Shown in pieces: positions 54,080-64,000 of a stretch of 64,000 bases of DNA; the stretch's first letter is position 1, and every line of letters begins with the position of its first letter. The DNA is taken from assembly GCA_951406725.2 (NCBI GenBank), contig OX597830.1, positions 18,228,001 to 18,292,000 on the forward strand. The letters run 5' to 3'. The position numbers and the translations under genes are program-made. The notes beneath the pieces were generated by a model, which saw only the letters and a list, made by a program, of their open reading frames with translations, was not told where the DNA came from and made no database searches. This DNA comes from Octopus vulgaris (Eukaryota).

Positions 54080-54562
54080 GTATTTTGTCTTGGTATAAAA
54101 GATGGGCTACAGCAAATATTCTGCTCAGTACCACAGACTTGCTTGTCAGTTGTTTGACCTTAACCAGTTGAGCATGTCCCTTAGTGGCTGACGATATGTG
54201 TATCTCTGATCACGAGCAAACGTAGTGGGGGAGCATCATAGCCATGTGTTGAGAGGGATTCTTTGGAGTTTGAATAATTCGCCTCTGGAAACATGGGTGT
54301 TTCGTTCAACGTCCTTAAACAACCCTTATTCGGGGACCTTTTGAGTGGGATAGGTTACTCGACCAGAAGAAAATTCTAACTGGACCCCACCTACAAGGTC
54401 ATGTGCTCTTTATCTTGATATGAGATCACCATGTTGCGCACATTTGGTTGTGATGCATGTGCGTGATGTACCCTTATCAGATGGGTAGTCCTGATGGGTG
54501 TACTGGGCTTCCTATATTTTACCCCAGTGTCACTTAGATGGCATGCAATGCTCTCTCACACA
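54080..54562. mobile_element. About 480 bp retroposon-like segment bounded by (AAT)n
   Basis: (AAT)n on both sides (54063-54079 and 54563-54590); no ORF; family not assigned. Confidence 0.4.
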
Positions 54563-54588
54563 ATGATGATAATAATAATAATAATAAT

Positions 54589-54975
54589 AAAGTCAATACC
54601 ACCATGACTGATATCCAATCTACAGTGGAGAAGGCTAGCCACTGGATTTGGTTAAAAAGAGACGATGAGCGATGGCTAGAAGGATATTGAGTTTAACTTC
54701 ATAACCAGCTGATCTAGCAAGCGGGGCCTCATATCAGTGAGGGGGGCCGGTGCGCATTGATGCCGTTGAGAGGTAGGTTCCGAAACGGTGCGCATTCTCT
54801 CCTGATGACCCCATACACTTGCTGGCTTCCGGTATACGGAGCTTTTGACTGGTAGCACTTGCATGTGCAGGTTGTTTGCAAGACATATAAGTGAAATAAG
54901 ACCAGTGCATGTTCATTATTGGCATAATGACCCTCCCGAGATAAAATCTGTTTCAACACACAGATTTCAACTAAA
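54589..54975 (+). mobile_element. 5'-truncated HERO-like (RLE-type) non-LTR retrotransposon: last codons plus 3' UTR
   Basis: 54589-54690 encodes KVNTTMTDIQSTVEKASHWIWLKRDDERWLEGY*, matching the recalled HERO C-terminal EKASxWLWxKR..W motif. It abuts (AAT)n. Confidence 0.7.
54714..54825 (+). ncRNA. Candidate permuted/pseudoknotted hammerhead ribozyme
   Basis: GUU at 54765-54767, GAAAC at 54782-54786 and CTGATGA at 54802-54808, with in-register stems I, II and III. Confidence 0.6.
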
Positions 54976-56568
54976 TATATATTCTTTTGTAAAATGTTTG
55001 TAAAATATTATATTATCAAAAACTGTTTTTGGATTTACCCATACGATATTTCTAATGGTAATATTTGTCAAAATCCTCCAAGCTTTCCTTTTGCTGCATT
55101 TTGGCAATTGTTCAGATCGTTGAAGGTTTTTAGGTGATCACCAGTAAGTAGTGAGGTCATGAAGGAGCATCATAACAAGACAGCTATGTGATTAGTCACC
55201 AAAAAATGTCTCAAGCCTTGCAGCAAACTAACGGTACCATTGTGGCAACTCACTAACTATACACAGTTGCTCCACTTCAAGAAATAGCAACCAAATATCT
55301 CTTAAATCACTTGTTACGGTCAATGAAATTGAAGGACATAATTATATTAGATAATGTGATCCAAGATACAAAATACTTGGAAAAAGTCCTAGTGTTGTGG
55401 TCTGTAATACTTTCATAATACGTCTGCTTGGACAGGGCTAATCTAGAGTAAGTTTTGGGAGAATCCTGTGACCATTTGTGCAGTGCTTTTGTAGTTCATT
55501 CCAAATAGGTACAATGAACAGTCACAGAATACCTTGGCAAAGATTTGAAAGTGAACTGACATTTTCCCACATTAACAAGTTCTTGGCCTATTGCCTTAAC
55601 CTTTTTGCACTAAGAGATTAATAAGATTAAGTTGATCTCTCAGATCCTTTTCAAGGCATTCGATGATCAAACCTTATATAGAAGTAGAATTCTATTGTTT
55701 TCGGTTGACCTGATTAAATTAGCAAAAATATAAACACACAAGCCAAATTGCTCTCTCTCTCTCTCTTTTTTAGTAATTCAGTGCCAAACAAGATCATAGC
55801 TATTTTCCTCACTTCAGGTATGTCCAGTGATGAGCAGGAGAACACTATCTATCTGCTTTAACTATCTCTCTCTTTCTCTAGAAGTAACAGAGATGAACTA
55901 TCTATTATCATACAGAATGGAGATCATACAACCAACTCGACGAAGTTGTATATTTCTTATATATTGTAACCACAAATTTTGGCACAAGGCCAGCAATTTT
56001 GGTGGAGTGGGTATGTTGATTACACCGACCCCGAAAGGATGAAAGGCAAAGTCTACCTCAGCAGCATTTGAACTCAAAGCATAAGACGGACGAAATGCTG
56101 CTGAGCATTTTGTCTGGTGCCGTAATGATTCTGCCAGCTCATCGCCTTTTTTGTAACAACTAATTATTATCAATCTTAATAAATGGCCATTTTAATACTT
56201 AATATGGTTTGTCATTCATTTCGGATATATATCTTCACATTCAATCCCATCGTTACATAAGCTTTCGAGAAATATAGAAAACATAGTAATGGGAGAGTCT
56301 ACTCTAGCCTAGGGGTGGTCCGCCCTTGGGCAGGTACTGTGGTGCATTTTAACCTTCTCCAGCACTCTCTATACAACATGGGAGGGCCTGTACCCTCCCT
56401 TGCCGCCATCAAATAAACTGCTGGAAGTACGGCCATCCATGACTAGATTTGTGGTGAATACTGCAGTGGTTTGCCATTGCCTTCTCAGAAATCAGTGAGC
56501 TGGAAATTAAATTGTAAAGCATTTTTACCAATGCATCAGTGATTCTGGCACTCTTCTGTTTACTAGAG

Positions 56569-56820
56569 CAGTGGTTCTCTATTCTTAATCTATAGACCTC
56601 TTTGATTCCTATTTTACTCGGGTGGACATTCATAGCCATTCAATGTTTTAAAAATCCAATTATGCTTTTATAATTAAATATTATTAGGAACTGTATTAAA
56701 AAAATGTTGAAATATTTTGTGTACTGTAGAATTGTAACAAGTTTATTGCACATAAACTTTAACAACAAAATCTTATATGGACCCCCCAAGAATCATATGA
56801 ACCCCAGTTGAGAATCACTG
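56569..56820. mobile_element. hAT-type MITE
   Basis: CAGTGGTTCTC...GAGAATCACTG; flanks TACTAGAG / CACTTGAA match 5/8. Confidence 0.7.
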
Positions 56821-58045
56821 CACTTGAACAATGAAAAATGAAAATGAAGTGTTTTGCTCAAAAACACATCATGCAGCCCAGTCTAGGAATCGAACTCGTG
56901 ATCTAGCTATCGAGAGGCCAACACCCTAACCATTAGGCCATGCGCCTTCACAACAAGAGAGTTTGTGGTTTTTAAACCGACTGGTGAAAACAACAAACTT
57001 GTTTCAGTCTTATTAGGTACACACAAACGCATGTTTGTAAGTGTTTGTGTTTGTGTAGGCGAACTGTTGTAAACCCAAGAGTCCATTTCTCAAAACTTCA
57101 TAGGCACATAAACTACGCATTATCGTTCAGATGTTCACAGTGAGTGACATTACATATGATGTGTTTCACTCATTTAGACGGAAATAAAAAAAAATGGAGT
57201 GGGAGTGAGAGATTTTGCTCTGGAATTGCAAGTATTTTAGTCAAAATGAAACTGCAAAATTTTTACCATCAATTACATTTAATTTATCAATTTCATACAC
57301 ACTCATTCAAATAAGAATTAAAAGCAGTGCTAGCATAATAAACATTGTTGACCACACATACTTAACATATAGGTGTTGCATTTTTGCCAGCAGGCTGTCT
57401 ACTGGCGCTTTGGTAGAGTATTCTCCACCACACCAAATTGTAGCCTACTGGCAAATATACGAGGTTATTACGTTAAATATGTGTGGTCAATAATGTTTAT
57501 ATATATAAACAATAACACAGATGGGTTAAGGTTCACTACAGCTGTTTCAGGAGTGTTTTTTTTATTGATGAACAAAATTGTTACATCATGTAAAAAAAAA
57601 ACAAAAAAGTTTACTTCAGGTGAATTAAGAGTAGAATTTGATGCTTCGGATTCTTCACATTAATAGAACATAATGCAAGTTGCAGTGGAGAGAGTCTGAA
57701 ACGGCTGTAGTGAATCTCAGCTCATCTGTTTATACTTCACCACACTTGGGACCTTCCCTGTGTTGGATCTTGAACCTATTGTCAATTATTGAATACTGTG
57801 AGTGTACTCCTGTGTGACTTTGATGACATGTTGTGTATTCAGTCAATGCTTGCGAATGTGTGCATAATTGGAGGGACAAATCCGCATTTACTTTAGTCAG
57901 TACATATATGCCCATACATTTTGTTAGTGCACAGATGGAAGATCTCCGTCTCTACCTTGGTGCCTTTGCTATTTTAGGATCTATCAGACCCTAAAAAGGT
58001 GGTGTCCCAGCATGGCCACAGTCTACTGACTGAAATAAGTAAAAG

Positions 58046-58076
<31 letters not shown>

Positions 58077-58137
58077 GAATAAGAAAATAGAGAGATAATT
58101 AATAATTATTTATTAATTAAAAAATTAGACATCATTA

Positions 58138-58512
58138 TAGGTGCAGGAGTGGCTGTGTGGCAAGTAGCTTGCTTACCAACCACATGGTTCCAGGTTCAGT
58201 CCCACTGCGTGGTACCTTGGGCAAGTGTCTTCTACTATAGCCTTGAGCTGACCAAAGCCTTGTGAGTGGATTTGGTAGATGGAAACTGAAAGAAGCCTGT
58301 CATATATGTATATGTTTGTGTGTCTGTGTTTGTCCCCCCAACATCGCTTGACAACCGATGCTGGTGTGTTTATGTCCCCGGCAAAAGAGACTGATAGAAT
58401 AAGTACTAGGCTTAGAAAGAATAAGTCGTGGGGTCGATTTGCTCGACTAAAGGCAGTGCTCCAGCATGGCCACAGTCAAATGACTGAAACAAATAAAAGA
58501 GAGTAAAGAGAG
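58138..58512 (+). mobile_element. SINE family A
   Basis: Full head and tail. Confidence 0.85.
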
Positions 58513-59169
58513 TATCTTACTCATATCTCCTTTACTACATGAATTCACAAAGATAAGAGTGAATGTTTGAATCCATGCTTTAAAAATCCCTAAGTACTCT
58601 CAATTTGGCGGTTACACTCCTTGTGCGCATGTGTAGCATCTTTGGTTACTATAGAAACAGAGCTCTTCACCATCGGCTATGGAACACATGGTGCTTTTTT
58701 GCTTAATATGCCAATATAACTTCACGGTGATGTGTAAAATACTCGCTTCTGATTGGCTAAAATACCAAAATTTTAAAGGCTAATAATTTTTTAATTATGA
58801 AATTATAGGAAAACCAAATTTCGTTTTCATAATTAGTATACAAAACTTAATCCATATACCAAATTTTAAAACAACTGGAACAGAATTGTAGACAGTGATG
58901 ATAACCACAAAGGTAGGTTGATTACATAGAAGTGGAATTTCATCAGACTTTTATCAAAAGGTGGGCTCTTACATTGTGCTATATGTGTGTGTTTGTGCGT
59001 GTATGTGTGCATGTGGGCACACATGATGCACTTTCGTATATTGTGTGAGAGCTAAATTCTACAAGGCATGAATCAACCTCAGGCTACAGTAGAAGAGATT
59101 TGCCCAATGTGACGCACATTAAGAACGAAACCAAAACCACAAGGTTACAATGTGAAATTCTTAACCACA

Positions 59170-59548
59170 CTAGTAGGGTGCCAAGAGCACCATCCGAGCG
59201 TGATCGTTGCCAGAGCAGCCAACTTGCTTCCGTACCCGTGGCACGTAAAAGGGTACCATTCGAGCATGATCGTTACCAACGTCGCTTCACTGGCACCTGT
59301 GTCGGTGGCACATGTAAAAAGATTCAAGCGAGGTCATTGCCAGTACTGCCTGACTGGCCCTACGTGCCGGTGGCATGTAAAAAGCACCCACTACACTCTC
59401 GGAGTGGTTGGCGTTAGGAAGGGCATCCAGCTGTAGAAACTCTGCCAGATCAAGACAGGAGCCTGGTGCAGCCATCTGGTTCGCCAGACCTTAGTCAAAT
59501 CGTCCAACCCATGCTAGCATGGAAAGTGGACATTAAACGATGATGATA
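59170..59548 (+). mobile_element. RTE 3' UTR-type element with internal tandem repeats
   Basis: GATCGTT.CCA...GTGGCAC.TAAAA repeats, then the shared tail ending (GAT)n; related sequence at 63830-64000. Confidence 0.7.
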
Positions 59549-60309
59549 ATTTTGCCTGTGTATCATGCTTAAACTACATAGCATATTACCAAATACATAT
59601 TTTATACTATATATTTTTTCGAGACTTAAATGCATAATGAAGATCATTTGGCTCTGTAAGAAGACGACACGACATCCAGCACTACCCTGCAAACAAAAAT
59701 TATGTTCTAGAACAAATATACTTCCATGTATCAAATTTTTTGGAATGTAATTATTGTGCAAAACATAGAGAACACGGTGGTGTGTCAATTCATCTTGGGA
59801 TTACGGGAGCAATAAATCAAGGCGACAGAATGTTTAAATATATTGACCTCTACGTCTCACTGTTGTTAAACTAGTCTTATTTCCTGCTAATATACACGCT
59901 CTGGTTATATATATATACACATATGTGTGTGTGTGTAATATTACCAGAACCGTATATATATATATATATATATACACACACATGCATGTAGTTTGTCTCA
60001 GTGGTATTAACTGTTCAGTAATAGTACAGCAGATTATCTTCTCACCATCTCTCATACTTCCGTCTAATGTAAGAGAGAACATATGCTTCAACAACCATCA
60101 CACACATGCATGTACACACACACACACACACACAAGCAACTAGATATGCATACACATACAAATACAAACACAGATGCACACGCACACACAGACACAGGCA
60201 CTCATTCACACCCATAGTAATCACATACATACTCATACATAACACAGATACAGACATGTGTCTGCACATACACATACGTATATGCACAAATGCACAGAGA
60301 AAATGACGA

Positions 60310-60500
60310 ACATACACACACATACATACAGACACACACATACATACAGACACACACATACATACAGACACACACATACATACAGACACACACATACATA
60401 CAGACACACACATACATACAGACACACACATACATACAGACACACACATACATACAGACACACACATACATACAGACACACACATATATACAGACACACA
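60310..60500. repeat. 18 bp minisatellite (CACACACATACATACAGA)n
   Basis: Perfect tandem units are directly visible. Confidence 0.9.
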
Positions 60501-61390
60501 CAAACACATACACACGCAAATACACATGAACACTCCTTCATGTGAACACAAAAAAAAACCTTACACATATCATAAAAATTACTCAGACACCAAAATCTAG
60601 ACATCTTACGCTAACACACTCATCTATATACAGGATCATGCCTAAACTCTTAATTAACAGTAAGCTTGTTGCTTTCGGGCTTTCCACCAGCATCACTTTG
60701 GACGTCCAGCAGGCGTGGTACCCTAAATCATTCCATCCATTTGGGTTCTTTTATTCACAGGATGGAACTCCCCCATGGTGGTGCGCAAAGGTGTGGAAGA
60801 GGGGGGGGGGGGGCTGACTTTCTTGAGCTGGTTTTATCTGTGTCACTTTATCAGATGCTGTAATCTCAAAAGTGCTTTCCTTCTCCTCTCTGGTACACCT
60901 CGAGGGTTCATGACTGGACGCAGCAGTAATGCAAATAACTTGGACTACCCAGTACCCTTGAGAAATAAAAATAGCAGAAAAGGGGGGGGGGGGAGAGAAA
61001 GTAAAAAAAAAAAAAAAAAAAAAAAGGAGTAGAAAACAGAAAGAAGGAAGGGAAGAGAAACCAACATTTTATGCTAACCGAAGAACCGAATCCTACCGTT
61101 ATTATTATTATTATTCTCTGCCAAAATTTGGGGGCGAACTGGCAGAATCATTAGCACGCCAGGCAAAATGCTTAGCAACATTTCGTCTGTTGACATTGAG
61201 ATCAAATGCTGTTGGGGACGACCTTGCTTTTATCATTTTGGGGTCGATAAAATAAGTACCAGTTGAGCATTGGTGTTATTGCAATTGACTTAACCCTTCC
61301 CCTAAATTGCTGGCCTTGTGCCAAAATTTGAAATCATTATTATTATTATTGGCAAGGAGTCAGGTTGGCAGAATCATTAACACACCAGAC

Positions 61391-62244
61391 AAAATGCTTA
61401 GCAGCATTTCTTCTAGATTTTACATTCTGAGTTCAAATTCCACTGAGGCCAGCTCTTCCTTTTATCCTTTTGGGGTTGATAAAATAAATATCAGTTAAGC
61501 ATTTGCTCCCACTTCTCAAATTTCAGGCCTTGTGCCTTTAGTAGAAAAGATTATTATTATTATTATTATTGGTAAGTTGGCAGAATCGTGAGCACAGGAG
61601 TGACTGTGTCATAAGTAACTTGCTTACGAACCAAATGGTTCTGGGTTCAGTCCCACTGCGTGGCACCTTGGGCAAGTGTCTTCTATTATAGCCTTGGGCT
61701 GACCAAAGCCTTGTGAATGGATTTGGTAGACGGAAACTGAAAGAAGCCCGTCGTATATATGAATATATATATGTATGTGTGTATTTGTGTGTATTTGTCC
61801 CCCCCACCAACATCGCTTGATAACAGATGCTGGTGTGTTTGTGTCCCCGTAACTTAGCGGTTTGGCAAAAAAGAGACCGATAGAATAAGTACTAAGCTTA
61901 CAAAGAATAAGTCCTGGGGTCAGTTTTCTCGACTAAAGGCGGTGCTCCAGCATGGCCACAGTCATTTGACTGAAACAAGTAAAGAGAGTATGAGTACACT
62001 TAAAATGCATAGCAGCATTTTGTCCAGCTTTACACTCTGAGTTCAAATTCCAAGGGGTCAACATTGCTTTGCATCCTTTCGGAGGCAATAAAGTAAATAC
62101 CAGCACAGGTTGATGTAAATCGACCCCAGGACTTATTCTTTGTAAGCCTAGTACTTATTCTATTGGTCTCTTTTGCTGAACCGCTAAGTTACGGGGACGC
62201 AAACACACCAGCATCAGTTGTCAAGTGATGTTAGGGAGACAAAT

Positions 62245-62275
<31 letters not shown>

Positions 62276-62640
62276 CATATATACGACGGGCTTCTTTCAG
62301 TTTCCGTCTACCAAATCCACTCACAAGGCTTTGGTCGGCCCGAGGCTATAATAGAAGACACTTGCCCAAGGTGCCACGCAGTGGGGCTGAACCCTGAACC
62401 ATGTGCTTTGTAAGCAAGTTACTTATGACACAGCCACTCCTGTGCTAACGATTCTGCCAGTTTACCAATAATAATAATAATCTTTTCTACTAAAGGCACA
62501 AGGCCTGAAATTTGAGAAGTGGGAGCAAATGCTTAACTGATATTTATTTTATCAACCCCAAAAGGATGAAAGGAAGAGTTGGCCTCAGTGGAATTTGAAC
62601 TCAGAATGTGAAAGCTAGAAGAAATGCTGCTAAGCATTTT
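61391..62640. repeat. Inverted duplication with about 525 bp arms (SINE B/SINE A junction copied)
   Basis: 61391-61922 is the reverse complement of about 62120-62640, including the unique junction and private variants. Confidence 0.88.
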
Positions 62641-63059
62641 GATGTAATCGACCAGCCCCCTCCTCCAAAATTTCAGGCCTTGTGCTGACTTATAGTAGGA
62701 ACATTATTATTCTTTAAATTCCTTACCATTTTCTTTTAATGGGAGTGAAAGCAATATAGAGGTCTAGAGACCCCGAGAATGAGTAACTTCCTGAGAAATC
62801 ACGACCACAGTCGGCTGACACTCTTTTCTTCTCAGTATAGTCATTTCATCACCATAAAATGGCGATATTCTTGGGTTTTGTGTGTATGCGTATGTGAATG
62901 TGTCTGTCTGTGCTGCGTTTGTATTTACAAACAAAAGGAAATGGGTATTTATTGGAAAAATAAATTATGTTTATTTATTGAGGAATTGAGGTTAGTAGTT
63001 GGTAGAGTTTCATAACTACCTATTGCAGATCACATAACTGAATTTTGAAGTATCAGACA

Positions 63060-63122
<63 letters not shown>

Positions 63123-63236
63123 TGTATGTATATATGTATGTATGTATATGTTTGTATGTATATGTATATTTGTATGTATATGTTTGTATGTATATGTATG
63201 TTTGTATGTGTATGTATGTATATATATGTATGTATG

Positions 63237-63276
<40 letters not shown>

Positions 63277-63535
63277 TTTAAGAAGGGTAACTATGCATAG
63301 GTTTGTCACTGAATTAAAGTAGGAAAATAATAATGGTGGTGATGATGATTCTACTATAGGCAGAAGACCTGAAATTTTAGGAGTGTCTGCATATATGAAA
63401 ATATTTGTGCATTTCACACACACACACACACACACATATGCATGCACACAGTAACAACACACCCAGGAATTACAACCGTGTTTCGTGGTCTGCTACCACA
63501 ATGACTCCTTTATAGGATCCAGTTATCTCAAGACA

Positions 63536-63613
63536 TCATCAGGAAGAACCATGTCCGGTTTCGGCCCCTACTCCTCTACCGTTTTGACGTGGCGGGGCTC
63601 CCCCTTTCGGAGG
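63536..63613 (-). ncRNA. Second candidate permuted hammerhead ribozyme
   Basis: Minus strand reads CCTCC GAAA GGGGG AGCCCC...CGGTA GAGGAG TA GGGGCC GAAACCG GACATGG TTCTTC CTGATGA. Confidence 0.55.
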
Positions 63614-64000
63614 TATATGTATATAAACATATATCCATATACACATCTGTAATGTATTAAATGTAACTATAAAATACACATAGCAAAACATTTACAATTT
63701 ATTAAACACTACAAAACAAGTATGTATATATCATAAACAGTTGGATCTGAATGACAGGACAGTGTCAATGGCTTTTGCTGGCCTTCCCAGTTCTCAATCG
63801 TTTTTTACATACTGACAAATCAAAATCAAATTCAATGGCTGGCATCCGTGCTAGCGGGGTACAAAGAGCACCATACGAATGTGATCGTTGATAGAGCAGC
63901 TAAACAGCTTCCGTGCCAGTGGCACATAAAAGGCAAAATTCGAGTGTGATCGTTACCAGCGTTGCCTTACTGGCACTTGTGCCCCGTGCTAGTAGGGTGC

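Overview
AT-rich eukaryotic DNA dominated by repeats. The SINE, RTE, Tx1 and MITE families and the heavy (TA)n/(CA)n/(CAC)n load look like an octopus (coleoid cephalopod) genome; this is an inference from recalled repeat families, not a database result. I found no intact host protein-coding gene, and almost all listed ORFs are microsatellite or SINE artefacts. Supported content: two decayed full-length mariner elements; LINE remnants (RT fragment, RTE, Tx1-like, HERO-like); many tRNA-headed SINEs with swapped head/tail modules; non-autonomous Helitrons; GG-ended MITEs with 8-9 bp TSDs (Merlin/MULE-like), a piggyBac-type MITE and a hAT-type MITE; and Penelope-like inverted-repeat remnants carrying type I hammerhead ribozymes. 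The most notable signal is at two unrelated loci (54714-54825 +, in the 3' UTR of a HERO-like retrotransposon, and 63536-63613 -). Each holds all hammerhead core strands in a non-canonical pseudoknotted order (GUH strand, then GAAAC, then CUGAUGA), with covarying stems. This is a candidate new hammerhead topology.
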